From an uncultured delta proteobacterium (GTDB lineage: Bacteria; Desulfobacterota; Binatia; UBA9968): DNA of 64,000 bases. The stretch covers positions 184,058 through 248,057 of the forward strand of contig CAVYTU010000019.1 of assembly GCA_963771465.1 (NCBI GenBank), in the 5' to 3' direction. Below, in pieces: positions 8,883 through 18,608 of the stretch (position 1 is its first letter; each line of letters begins with the position of its first letter). Position numbers and translations under genes: made by a program. The notes below the pieces were generated by a model, which did not search any database, was not told the DNA's origin, and was given only the letters and a program-made list of their open reading frames with translations.

Positions 8883-11115
8883 CGATGACCTCCTTGATCG
8901 CACGCCAAACTTTTTCCGGCGTGAGCGGCAGCGATTTCAGCCGCGCGCCGGTGCACCAGTACACGGCGTTGGCCACCGCCGGCGCAACCGGAATAATGCC
9001 GCCCTCGCCCAAACCTTTGGCGCCGTACGGCCCCGGCCCGTTGGCGTCTTCGATGAGAATCGATTCGAACTCATCCGGCACGTCGTCAAAGGTCGGCACT
9101 TTGTAATCGACGAGAGACGAATTGATGATCTGCCCGCCCTCCCACTGGTACGCCTCATAAAACGTGTGGCCGAAACCCATCATCGCCGAGCCTTCATCCT
9201 GTCCCTCGCACTGCAAGGGATGGATCGCTTTGCCCGCGTCGGCTGCGGTGACGTATTTTTCGACGTGAACTTTGCCGGTTTCGCGATCCACGGAAACTTC
9301 CACCGCGCCGATGCCAATTTCCCAAAACAAAGGATTGGCCGGCGTCGGCGCCATACCGCTATGCGCGTAACCGGTGCCCACCAGTTCGCCGCCCTGATCG
9401 GCGAAGTGCTTGTTGATCAATGCGCCATAGCTAATTTTTTTGCCGCCGGCGATGGCTTCGCCGTTTTGCAGCGTGATCGCGTCTTCAGGGCATTCGAAAT
9501 GCTCGATCGCAAGTTCGACGATCTGCCTTCGCGCATCGCCGCCAGCCAATTCAACCGCTTTGCCCATGACCGTAGTCGAACGGCTCGAACCCGTCGAGCG
9601 ATCGAATGGCGTGAATGCCGTATCGATGGGCCGGATCGTCACGCGGTCGAGAGGCACGCGCAGTTCTTCGGCGATGATCTGACTCATGATCGTTTTCGCG
9701 CCCTGACCCAGCTCGGAAGTGCCGCACATAAAAACCACGCTGCCATCGGCAAGCACGTGCACCGTCGACGTCGACGCCAGCGGCGCACCGGGATCGGTGG
9801 TGCCAAAACCGACTCCGCGGCCATGCCCTTCCTTGGAAACCGGACCGTCCCAGCCCAACTTGTCGGTGACGAGCTTAAATCCTTTGGCCAGATCGGTGTC
9901 CAGCGGCCGGTATTTCGGCCGCAACTCTTCGCCTTTTTTCACGAGATTTTTTAGCCGTAACTGGACCGGATCGATGGCCAGCTTCTGCGCGATGATGTCC
10001 ATCTGGGATTCGGTCGCCCAGGCGGTTTGCGGTCCGCCGATGGAGCGGAACGACGCCGCGGAAACCGTGTTGGTATAAACGCAGTAGGAATTAATTTTTA
10101 GATTGGGATAACGATAAGGACCGAGTATCCGGGTCAAAGTGCGTCCGGCAACCGTCGGCCCGGTCTCCGCATAAGCACCGGTATTGAGAAAAATATCGGC
10201 TTGCTTCGCCATCAAGGTGCCGTCTTTCTTAACGCCGGTTTTAACTTTGCACGTGATCGCATGGCGCCGGCAAGTGACCATCGCTTCGGCCACCGACGTG
10301 ACAACCCGCACCGGCCGCTGCGCTTTACGCGCCAGCGCCGTCACCAACGGCTCAATTTTGCCGCCCGACTTGCTGCCGTAAGCGCCGCCGACAAAGTTCA
10401 CATGAACGCGAACTTTAGATAGCGGCATGTGAAACACCTCGGCGACATCCTGGCGCACGCCGAACGGATGGCCGGTAGACGTCCAGATCGTAATGCCGTC
10501 AGCGTCAACCTGGGCGATGGCGCAGTGCGGCTCCATGGCATAGTGATAGATCATCGGAAAGTCGAATTCGTCCTCGACGATCACGTCCGCCTCAGCGAAT
10601 CCTTTTTCGACATCGCCCTTGACCAGCTCGTGATGCGCGCAAATGTTTTTCTCGGCAAAATCATGCAAGCGTGGCGCGCCGTCGGCCATCGCCTCTGCGA
10701 CGCTGATCACCGCCGGCAACTCTTCGTATACCACGTGAATTTTCGCCAACGCTGCTTCCGCCGTCGCGCGGTCGAGCGCCGCCACCGCCGCCACCGGCTG
10801 CCCGGCGAAGATCACGCGGTTGGTGGCGATGATCGGTTGGTCCTTGTTGTTCTTACCGCGCCCCATGTAATGACCGATATCGTCCAGATCTTTACTGGTC
10901 AGCACGGCGACGACACCGGGCATCGCTTCGGCTGCAGCGCTATCGATGGAGCGGATGCGCGCGTGCGCGTACGGGCTGCGCAAAAACTTCCCTTCGAGCA
11001 TGCCGGGAATAATGAGGTCGGCGACGTACTTGGCGCTGCCGGTGACTTTCGCCGCACCGTCGACGCGCGGCACGGATTGGCCGACGATGGAAAAGCTACG
11101 TTTGTCAGTACTCAC
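8857..11115 (-). CDS. Xanthine dehydrogenase / aldehyde oxidoreductase family molybdopterin-binding large subunit
   Basis: KVTGSAKYVAD, LRSPYAHARI, AMEPH, GGAYGSK, FRSIGGPQ, ELGQG, AKGLGEGG. Confidence 0.9.
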   Translation of the reverse strand: MSTDKRSFSIVGQSVPRVDGAAKVTGSAKYVADLIIPGMLEGKFLRSPYAHARIRSIDSAAAEAMPGVVAVLTSKDLDDIGHYMGRGKNNKDQPIIATNRVIFAGQPVAAVAALDRATAEAALAKIHVVYEELPAVISVAEAMADGAPRLHDFAEKNICAHHELVKGDVEKGFAEADVIVEDEFDFPMIYHYAMEPHCAIAQVDADGITIWTSTGHPFGVRQDVAEVFHMPLSKVRVHVNFVGGAYGSKSGGKIEPLVTALARKAQRPVRVVTSVAEAMVTCRRHAITCKVKTGVKKDGTLMAKQADIFLNTGAYAETGPTVAGRTLTRILGPYRYPNLKINSYCVYTNTVSAASFRSIGGPQTAWATESQMDIIAQKLAIDPVQLRLKNLVKKGEELRPKYRPLDTDLAKGFKLVTDKLGWDGPVSKEGHGRGVGFGTTDPGAPLASTSTVHVLADGSVVFMCGTSELGQGAKTIMSQIIAEELRVPLDRVTIRPIDTAFTPFDRSTGSSRSTTVMGKAVELAGGDARRQIVELAIEHFECPEDAITLQNGEAIAGGKKISYGALINKHFADQGGELVGTGYAHSGMAPTPANPLFWEIGIGAVEVSVDRETGKVHVEKYVTAADAGKAIHPLQCEGQDEGSAMMGFGHTFYEAYQWEGGQIINSSLVDYKVPTFDDVPDEFESILIEDANGPGPYGAKGLGEGGIIPVAPAVANAVYWCTGARLKSLPLTPEKVWRAIKEVIDDRKQSRT

Positions 11116-11194
11116 AGAGTATCCTTTCCAACACGACGATTTCCGCGTTTGGAAATCGGAGAAATGAAGCGCCTTCGCAGTAAAGATATCCCTT

Positions 11195-11223
11195 GCGTAT
11201 AACGGGCCCGCTCACGCTGTCAA
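11195..11223 (-). promoter_or_regulatory. Putative sigma70 promoter for the Mo-hydroxylase run
   Basis: Minus strand TTGACA-N16-TATACG upstream of 11115. Confidence 0.35.
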
Positions 11224-11283
11224 GGCTGATGCGCGCCGCCGGACTTGTGTGACGCCGTCAACGATGCGATCCTTCACCGGCTC

Positions 11284-12297
11284 ATGAAGCGATCGCTTAG
11301 ACAACAATGTGTTTTGATCATTTTCGCTGCCTTCGCGATTCTTGGTTCATTGCAGTCCTGCAAAAGCCACAGCGGTGCTCAAACAACCAAAGCTCGCCTG
11401 GTGGATTTGATTCCATTGGAGCTTGATCCGAAAAATCCCGAGCGCAAGCAGTTCGGCTCGCTCACTTTCATGGGCGCCTTCCAATTGGATTCGAAGGACA
11501 AGCGGTTCGGCGGACTGTCCGGTTTATCTTTTGGAACCGATGGCAAACTCTACGCGGTCTCAGACCACGGCTACTGGTTGTCGGCAAGGATGGTAAGCAA
11601 TGCTAACGGCGCGCTGCTGGATCTGCTCGATTGGCAAATCGCCCCTATGCTCACCCCGGCGAAAACTTCGGTCACCGGCTCAATGGCCGACGCGGAAGCG
11701 CTCACCCGCGCGCCGGATGGTTCATTTTTAGTTGCATTCGAAGGTCGCCATCGAATTTGGCGCTTCGATCCGCCACCAAGCACTATCCAGTCCGCTCCAA
11801 CGCCCGTGGCCCTTCCGGCTCAGCTATCGCGCGCGCCGAGTAACGGCGGGATCGAGGGATTAACGTCACTGGCCGACGGCCGCCTCTTGGCATTGACCGA
11901 AGAGTTCGCCAATCCGGACGGCAGCTTTAAGGGCTGGCTGAGCGACGGCAACCAGTTCGCGGAGTTGGCTTATTTACCGGCCAAAGGTTTTCACGTCACC
12001 GACTGCGCCGCGCTGGAGAATGGCGATGTCCTCGTGCTCGAGAGACGCTATGTCCCGTTTGGAATACTTTCGGCGCGCCTGACGATTGTCGACGGCAAGA
12101 AGATCCAGCCGGGCGGCAAACTCAGTGGGATGGAATTGCTGAGACTCGAGCAACCTCTGGTCGTCGAGAATTTCGAAGGGCTGGCCGTCCAGCGAACTCC
12201 CAAAGGCACGATGATTTATCTGGTTTCCGACGACAACTACAGCCCGTTTCAACAGACTATCTTGTTGCAGTTTTTTCTAGCCAACTCGAATCATTGA
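11284..12297 (+). CDS. Esterase-like activity of phytase family protein (beta-propeller; possible lipoprotein)
   Basis: FGGLSGL, AVSDHG, DAEAL, NGGIEGL, NFEGL, VSDDNYS; signal with LQSC. Confidence 0.8.
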   Translation: MKRSLRQQCVLIIFAAFAILGSLQSCKSHSGAQTTKARLVDLIPLELDPKNPERKQFGSLTFMGAFQLDSKDKRFGGLSGLSFGTDGKLYAVSDHGYWLSARMVSNANGALLDLLDWQIAPMLTPAKTSVTGSMADAEALTRAPDGSFLVAFEGRHRIWRFDPPPSTIQSAPTPVALPAQLSRAPSNGGIEGLTSLADGRLLALTEEFANPDGSFKGWLSDGNQFAELAYLPAKGFHVTDCAALENGDVLVLERRYVPFGILSARLTIVDGKKIQPGGKLSGMELLRLEQPLVVENFEGLAVQRTPKGTMIYLVSDDNYSPFQQTILLQFFLANSNH

Positions 12298-12323
12298 CAG
12301 CGCCACTGTCCTGACGTTAGTTT
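12294..12323 (+). promoter_or_regulatory. Putative sigma70 promoter, near-leaderless transcript of the Ldh_2 gene
   Basis: TTGACA(12294)-N18-TAGTTT(12318); ATG 8 nt later with no Shine-Dalgarno. Confidence 0.4.
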
Positions 12324-12331
12324 GCCCAGTC

Positions 12332-13448
12332 ATGGCCGTAACCCCGGAGGAAGCCAAAACCTATCTCTTCCCCGACGCTTATTTGCGCGATTTTTCCGCG
12401 CAGGTATTCATTCACTTCGGTGTGCCGAAGACCGATGCCGAACAGGCCGCTGACGTACTAGCGAAAAGCGATCTGCGCGGCATCGATTCCCACGGCGTGG
12501 CCCGGCTGCACACTTATTTTGAAATGCTCGAACTCGGCAGAATCAATCCGAAGCCAAAGATCAAGATCGTCCGCGAAAAAGCCAGCGTCGCCAGCGTCGA
12601 CGGCGACAATGGCTTAGGCTTGGTCGTCGGACCGAAGGCCAACGAGATCGCCATGGACAAAGCCGAGCAGCACGGCTCCGGCTGGGTCAGCGTGTGCAAT
12701 ACCAATCACTTCGGCATCGCCGGCTACTATCCGTTAAAGGCGCTCGAAAGAGATCTCATCGGTTGGGCGATGACCAACACGACAAAGCTTGTCGCGCCGC
12801 TGTGGGGCGCGGAGCGAATGCTCGGGACCAATCCGATCGCCATCGCGTTCCCGGGATTGAACGAGCCACCGATCGTCATCGACATGGCGACCAGCGCCGT
12901 GGCCTACGGAAAAATCGAGATCGCTTTGCGCAAAAATGAACTGGTACCTGAAGGTTGGATCGTCGATAAACGCGGCCGCCAGACCAACAACCCGCAAGAT
13001 ATGATCGACGGCGGCGCGCAGTTACCGCTCGGTTCGCAGCGAGAAATGGGTGGCCACAAAGGCTACGGCCTGGCATCGATGGTCGACATTCTCTGCTGCG
13101 TTCTAAGCGGCGCCAACTGGGGCCCGTTCGCGCCACCGTTCGCTCTACGACAAGAAATACCGGAACACAGCGTCGGCAAAGGCATCGGCCACTTCTTCGG
13201 CGCCTTGCAGATCGACGGCTTCATCGACAAAGACGAGTTCAAGAAACAGATCGACGACTGGATCAACGTCTTCCGCCACACCAAACCGGCGCCAGGAACC
13301 GACGGCCCGTTGATTCCGGGCGATCCGGAAAGAGAAGCGGAAGCGATTAGAAGTAAAGACGGAATTCCGCTTAATAAAGCCCGTGGTGGACGACTTGTTG
13401 GATATCTCCAAGCGAACGGGCATTCCATTCGAATTGAACATGAATTAA
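12332..13448 (+). CDS. Ldh_2 family (malate/L-lactate/sulfolactate dehydrogenase, ComC/AllD-like); apparent +1 frameshift near 13373
   Basis: GIDSHG, NHFG, GTNPIA, DMATS, HKGYGL. The alternative frame gives a natural-looking tail GIPLIKPVVDDLLDISKRTGIPFE (stop 13448); the uncorrected ORF ends at 13471. Confidence 0.85.
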
Positions 13449-13501
13449 GCGACTCGAAGGTCAGCGGCTAAAATTTGCCATTGACGGAAATGATCGCTAG
13501 C

Positions 13502-15223
13502 ATGTTTACCTACAAACTCGTCAGCGAACATCACTTACGATGCGACGCCTCGATCTTTCATTCCTCGCTCATGAGCCTAGTCACCCTCGTGGTGGCATTT
13601 CTCATTCTCTTTCCCCTGGCGATGCTCATTTACGGTAGCTTTTGGACTGAGCGTCCCGGATTTCCCGGCAACTTCACTCTCGATAACTACATCACCGCCT
13701 ACGGCGACACCGACACCTACAAAGTTTTTCTCAACACCGCGTTGTTGATCGGCGCCAAAACCATCTGCGCTGGAGTGATCGCATTGGCGCTCGCCTGGAT
13801 CATCGCCCGCACCGACACGCCGTGCCGAGTGATGCTGGAGACTTTAATCATCATTCCCTTTTTCGTTCCCGGCATCATGGAAGCGGTCGGCTGGATCATG
13901 TTGCTCAGTCCAAAGACCGGCACGCTCAATGTTTTTTTGCGCGAAGTTGTCGGCCTGGAAAAATCTCCGTTCAATATCTACAGCCTGTGGGGCATCGTCT
14001 GGGTGATGTCCCTTGGTTCGGTGTCGTTTCTGTTTATTTTTTTCGTGACGGCGCTGCGCAATATGGACGCCGCCCTAGAAGAAGCCGCGGCGGCCTCCGG
14101 CGCCGGCCCTTTGCGCACTGCAGTCACCATCACCATGCCGATGATCGCGCCGATCGTTTTGGGTGCGAGCTTTTTCAGTTTCATCCGCGCCATGGACGCC
14201 TTCGAGGTTCCCGTCTTGCTCGGTCTGCCGGCCAAGGTTTTCGTCTTTGGCAATCGCATCTACGCCGCCATCGAGTACGACTTCCCGATCAACTACGGAT
14301 TGGCCACCGCGCTCGGCGCCAGCTTCTTCGTGTTGATGCTCGGTCTGCTGCGCGTGCAACACAAACTGCTCAAAGGCAAGGAATTCTTCGTTATCACCGG
14401 CAAAGGCTACAAGCCGCAGGTGGTTCGCCTCGGCCGATTTAAATACGTCACCTTTGCGGCTTGCATCGGCTTCTTTGTAGTCGCCACCGCTCTGCCGTTG
14501 TCTCAAGTCGTGGTCGGATCGTTTCTGCGCGTCTTCGGCATGACTCAGTGGGACATGCTGACGTTGGAGAATTACCACACCATTGTCACCGACCCTTTGG
14601 TGTGGCGCAGCTTAACCAACACCGTGGTCATCGGCGGCGCCGCGGCGATACTCACTGTGCTGCTTTGCAGCTTGGTCGCCTACATTACGACGAGGACGAA
14701 ATATGCCGGACGCAATCTTCTCGATTTGATCTGCTGGTTGCCCAACGCGATCCCCGGCATCGTTGCCGGCGTCGGCATGCTGTGGGCGTACATCATGTTG
14801 CCCGTGCCTTTGTTTGGCACGTTGACGCTGCTGGTGATCGTCTTCATCACCATCGGCTTACCGGTGGGTGTGCGCCTGATGAGCGGAGTCATGGGACAGT
14901 TGAGCCCCGAGCTCGAAGAATGTTCCATGGTCCACGGCGCCACCTGGGGGCAAACGTTCAGAAAAATTATTCTTCCCCTGCTCAAACCCGCGCTGGCGGC
15001 CGGGATTCTAATTTTGTTCGTCAATTTTTCCCGCGCCGTCAGCACAACGATTCTTTTTTCCGTGCACGGCACCGAGCTGCTCGCCGTCACGCTGTTTAAA
15101 TACAGCCAGGTCGGCACTCGACTAGGACTCGTCTCCGCGCTGGCGGTGGTGCTTACGGTGATCAATGTCACGGCGATGTTAGTGGCGCGCCGGCTCGGCG
15201 CCTTCGGACGCCCATCGGATTAG
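13502..15223 (+). CDS. Fe3+/FbpB-type ABC transporter permease (fused double TMD)
   Basis: Two EAA loops (ALEEAAAASGAG, ELEECSMVHGAT), VITGKGYKP; start uncertain (13475/13502/13571). Confidence 0.85.
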   Translation: MFTYKLVSEHHLRCDASIFHSSLMSLVTLVVAFLILFPLAMLIYGSFWTERPGFPGNFTLDNYITAYGDTDTYKVFLNTALLIGAKTICAGVIALALAWIIARTDTPCRVMLETLIIIPFFVPGIMEAVGWIMLLSPKTGTLNVFLREVVGLEKSPFNIYSLWGIVWVMSLGSVSFLFIFFVTALRNMDAALEEAAAASGAGPLRTAVTITMPMIAPIVLGASFFSFIRAMDAFEVPVLLGLPAKVFVFGNRIYAAIEYDFPINYGLATALGASFFVLMLGLLRVQHKLLKGKEFFVITGKGYKPQVVRLGRFKYVTFAACIGFFVVATALPLSQVVVGSFLRVFGMTQWDMLTLENYHTIVTDPLVWRSLTNTVVIGGAAAILTVLLCSLVAYITTRTKYAGRNLLDLICWLPNAIPGIVAGVGMLWAYIMLPVPLFGTLTLLVIVFITIGLPVGVRLMSGVMGQLSPELEECSMVHGATWGQTFRKIILPLLKPALAAGILILFVNFSRAVSTTILFSVHGTELLAVTLFKYSQVGTRLGLVSALAVVLTVINVTAMLVARRLGAFGRPSD

Positions 15224-15288
15224 CGCGAAGAGTAGCTAGCCACTAACCAATGACTTTGATATAGCTGCGCCAACACGAGGAGGGAGTC

Positions 15289-16353
15289 ATGTCGATTCAA
15301 TCAACCATCAGTAAAGCCGTCGGCTTTCTTCTATTGCTCTGGCTCGCGGCGAGTTCGATCTCACCCAATCCTGTTGACGCCGCGGATGCTACCGCGCAGC
15401 TGGTAGCCAAGTCTTACGAGGGAGCTAAGAAAGAAGGCAAACTGGTGATTTATGGTCTGGGCGAGCCGTTTCTCACCCCCATTGCCACCACTTTCAAAAA
15501 ACGTTACGCGGGGATCACCATCGAAGCGTTCGATGAGCCCGGCGCGCAGTCCCGCGAACGGATCATCGCTGAACAGAAAACCAGCCGTTTGATCGGCGAC
15601 ATCATTATCGCCGGTCCGACCAATCATCAGATGCTCACGGATCTGAATTATTTAGAGCCGTTCAAGACTTCACAATGGGCCAACATGATTCCGGAGCTGC
15701 TGCCGGACATTCCGAACACCAATCCGTTGCGCGCCAGCGTCTTTTCCGTGGCGATCAACTCCAAGCTGATCCCGCCGGCTGAAGAACCGAAAGTCTGGGC
15801 CGATCTGTTGCAATCGAAATTCAAAGGCAAGATGGCCTCGGATGACCCGCGCGGTAGTGGCGGCGGCGCGGGAATGATCGCCAGTTTGGAGAAGGCTTTC
15901 GGCGTCGAATACCTGCACAAACTGGCCGCGCAGGACATTTTTTTTAGCCGAGACTCAGGCACGATCTTAGCCAACCTGGTGCGCGGCGAGTACAGCCTGT
16001 TCATCACCGCGTCCCACGACGAGATCATTGCCGCGCGTAAAAGCGGCGCGCCGCTTAAATTCTTGAAACCCGCCGACGGCGTGCGCGCCGCCGGCAACTT
16101 TCAATCGATCGTCAAGAACGCGCCCCATATGAATGCCGCCAAACTCTGGGTCGAATGGAGCACCTCGGAAGAAGGCCAACAAGCTTTCGCGAAAACCGGC
16201 CAGGCCGCAGCGCGTAAAGGCATCAAAGCCGGCGAACCCGAAGCCGATTTGACCGGAGTCAAACTGCTCCCGGTAGTCGGCGGCCGCCAGGACATGAATC
16301 TAGTAAAAGAAAGAACCAAACGATTCGAAACTATTTTCTTTAAGAAGAATTAA
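15289..16353 (+). CDS. Extracellular solute-binding protein (AfuA/FbpA-like)
   Basis: Signal peptide, AKKEGKLVIY, APHMNAAKLWVEW..SEEGQ; GAGGAGGGAG RBS. Confidence 0.85.
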   Translation: MSIQSTISKAVGFLLLLWLAASSISPNPVDAADATAQLVAKSYEGAKKEGKLVIYGLGEPFLTPIATTFKKRYAGITIEAFDEPGAQSRERIIAEQKTSRLIGDIIIAGPTNHQMLTDLNYLEPFKTSQWANMIPELLPDIPNTNPLRASVFSVAINSKLIPPAEEPKVWADLLQSKFKGKMASDDPRGSGGGAGMIASLEKAFGVEYLHKLAAQDIFFSRDSGTILANLVRGEYSLFITASHDEIIAARKSGAPLKFLKPADGVRAAGNFQSIVKNAPHMNAAKLWVEWSTSEEGQQAFAKTGQAAARKGIKAGEPEADLTGVKLLPVVGGRQDMNLVKERTKRFETIFFKKN

Positions 16354-16360
16354 GTAAGAC

Positions 16361-16446
16361 TCACCAGGAGACGCGGAGCGCGCAGAGAAATTGAATGAGC
16401 TAATCATTCTGAGAAACCCGCTGCGACCTCTGCGCCGCTGCGCTAA
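16361..16446. repeat. REP-like imperfect inverted repeat (CGCAGAG / CTCTGCG family)
   Basis: ggagacgcggagcgcgcagag ... ctgcgacctctgcgccgctgcg downstream of the SBP. Confidence 0.55.
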
Positions 16447-16491
16447 TACTCCCCAATCTTTTTTTACCCGCGCGAACACGAGGCCATATTC

Positions 16492-17493
16492 ATGACGGCG
16501 AAAATTATCGACATCCACAATCACGGCTACTCGAAACGATTCTTCGACGCGGTTCGACGCGGCGACGGCGAACGTTATGGGCTGCGCATCGCGGCGACCG
16601 CCAAAGGCGAAGCGCTGGTAAAACCCGACGGAAGTTCCCACCCGCTCCAACCGAAACGCGCCGAGTACGAAAAAAACCTAGCGCAACTCGGCACGGCCGG
16701 GATCGCCGGCGTCGTGCTGTCGATGCCGCCCTACGTGAATTTCGTCGGCTGCGACGAGGCGGCAAATGTCTGGGCATGCCAGCAGATTAACGACGGCTTG
16801 GCCGAGGTTGAGCAGAACTATCCAGGGCGGATTTGGGGTATGGGCATGGTGCCACTCCCCTTCGGACGCGCCGCCGCTGAGGAACTACAGCGCGCCGCGC
16901 GCGAGTTAAACCTCAAGGCGGTGCAGATCATCACCAACTACGCGGGCCGAGATCTCGACGATCCCGAGTTTCTGCCGTTCTTTGAGATGGCCGAGAAAAC
17001 CCAAACTCTGATCCTGATTCATCCCGATTTGCGCCAAGGCTTCAGCGATCTCAACAAATATTATTTGCAAAACCTGATCGGCTTACCGATGGAAACCACG
17101 ACGGCCGCGGCCTGTCTAATTTTCAGCGGCATCATGGAACGCTTTCCCAAGTTGAGAATCCTCCTCGCCCACGGCGGCGGCGTCTCGCCCTATCTCTCCG
17201 GCCGCTGGCGCCACGGCCACGGCAGTCGTCCCGAGCCCAAAGTAAAATTTACCGGCAACGTCGAAGAAATGTTTCAGCGCTTCTACTTCGACACCATGAT
17301 CTACGAGCCCAAGGTGCTCAAGTTCCTCACCGAAACCGTCGGCGCCGACCGAGTCCTGATGGGCACCGACTATTCCGGCGACATGTCGGCATGGCGCGCA
17401 GTGCCAGAGATCGGCAAAGCGGAATTCCTAACAGCGAGTCAGAAACAACAAATTCTCGGCGGCAACGCAGAACGCTTGCTTGGATTGGCATAG
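16492..17493 (+). CDS. Amidohydrolase_2 family protein (ACMSD/LigW-like decarboxylase or hydratase)
   Basis: DIHNH, LIHP, LAHGGG, YFDT, MGTDY. Confidence 0.85.
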   Translation: MTAKIIDIHNHGYSKRFFDAVRRGDGERYGLRIAATAKGEALVKPDGSSHPLQPKRAEYEKNLAQLGTAGIAGVVLSMPPYVNFVGCDEAANVWACQQINDGLAEVEQNYPGRIWGMGMVPLPFGRAAAEELQRAARELNLKAVQIITNYAGRDLDDPEFLPFFEMAEKTQTLILIHPDLRQGFSDLNKYYLQNLIGLPMETTTAAACLIFSGIMERFPKLRILLAHGGGVSPYLSGRWRHGHGSRPEPKVKFTGNVEEMFQRFYFDTMIYEPKVLKFLTETVGADRVLMGTDYSGDMSAWRAVPEIGKAEFLTASQKQQILGGNAERLLGLA

Positions 17494-17555
17494 CCATTCG
17501 CATTCCGGCGACCACCGGCGGCAAGCACGATCCGGTCAAGAATTGGAATGACCTC

Positions 17556-18608
17556 GTGGTAAAAAAGGTGCTCGACAACTTGGAAACAGCTCGCTTTACC
17601 TGGTTTCTTCTCGTTTCGATTACCGCACATATAGTCTGTTTCTGGCAGTTGAGCTTGGCGCCTCTGTCTCGGCATTTGGTCTCTCCTTTGAAGATCGATT
17701 TGCTGGTCGGCGCGTCGCTACAGGAAGGAACAAGTGCGTCGGACACACCGGACCGAGCGTCTGGACCGTCGTTACCGCAGACCTCCGCTCGCGCCATGCG
17801 CGGGCCGTCTGGAAACGCAGCTTCGTCCGGATCGAGTTCGGCAGATGGGACAACCTCAGCAGGAGATGTAGTTTCATCGCCAGGCGGAGGAATCTCCGTA
17901 GGCGGGGATGGTAGTTCTTCGCAGTCGGCAGGAAGGTCTCCCGGCGGTGGTGGACCGGCTTCCAACGGAGGAACAGGCGCATCGACTCTACCGGGAGCAC
18001 CATCAACGGGTGGCCTGAAAACTTCTCCCACCAAAAAAGAACCACCGTCAATCGACACGATCTTGCCCAAAGTCAGGCACGTCTTTCACGGTGATGTTTA
18101 CTACGATGTGGATTCCTACATTCTCGAGGGAGTTCATGTTCGAGGTACGAATCTCTGCATCGAAGGGACGCAATTACGCACCAATGACCCGATCACGATT
18201 ACCGATTTGGTGACCGACCGATCGTTATGTCGGGTTAGAATGCGCGGCGATGAGCTAAAGGAAATCTGCCCGCCTGCGGCGACCAAATCAGTCATCCGCT
18301 ATGCCGGCCATCTTCGTACGCCTTTGAGTTATTCGCAGAATGTTTGCCTGGTGTACGACAACTCGAACTGCCGCATAATCAGGGGCGGTACGGACAAAGA
18401 GAGAGAAATCTGCCGGCCGGTTCGCTACGAAGGGGTATGGGCGATGGGGACAAATTTTGAATATATGTGTCAAACCTCAGAAGTTCGCACCCATAACCAC
18501 CCGCTCGAATATACCGTTCGCCATCTAGTCGACTATGAAACCAGCGACGGGAAATATCACCGAAAAGAACTGCGCAGAGTGCAACATCCGATCCCCCAAT
18601 GTGAATGA
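17556..18608 (+). CDS. Hypothetical membrane-anchored protein: SxxxH TM helix, Gly/Ser/Pro linker, Cys-rich C-terminal domain
   Basis: TM FLLVSITAHIVCFW, low-complexity linker, 8 Cys in the C-terminal domain; start chosen after the upstream stop (ORF track begins at 17391, overlapping). Confidence 0.6.
   Translation: MVKKVLDNLETARFTWFLLVSITAHIVCFWQLSLAPLSRHLVSPLKIDLLVGASLQEGTSASDTPDRASGPSLPQTSARAMRGPSGNAASSGSSSADGTTSAGDVVSSPGGGISVGGDGSSSQSAGRSPGGGGPASNGGTGASTLPGAPSTGGLKTSPTKKEPPSIDTILPKVRHVFHGDVYYDVDSYILEGVHVRGTNLCIEGTQLRTNDPITITDLVTDRSLCRVRMRGDELKEICPPAATKSVIRYAGHLRTPLSYSQNVCLVYDNSNCRIIRGGTDKEREICRPVRYEGVWAMGTNFEYMCQTSEVRTHNHPLEYTVRHLVDYETSDGKYHRKELRRVQHPIPQCE

Noticed and set aside
8851-9954. 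Long antisense ORFs (8851-9954, 20858-21814, 37987-38919, 46528-47466, 47876-48754 and others)
   Set aside because: They shadow well-supported opposite-strand genes, as expected in GC-rich DNA, and have no recognisable motifs.
8857-11115. Aerobic CO dehydrogenase CoxL
   Set aside because: Lacks AYxCSFR (form I) and AYxGAGR (form II); no coxMS.
17327-18070. 247-aa Pro-rich minus-strand ORF
   Set aside because: Antisense of the Gly/Ser linker of 17556-18608 and overlaps the amidohydrolase gene.
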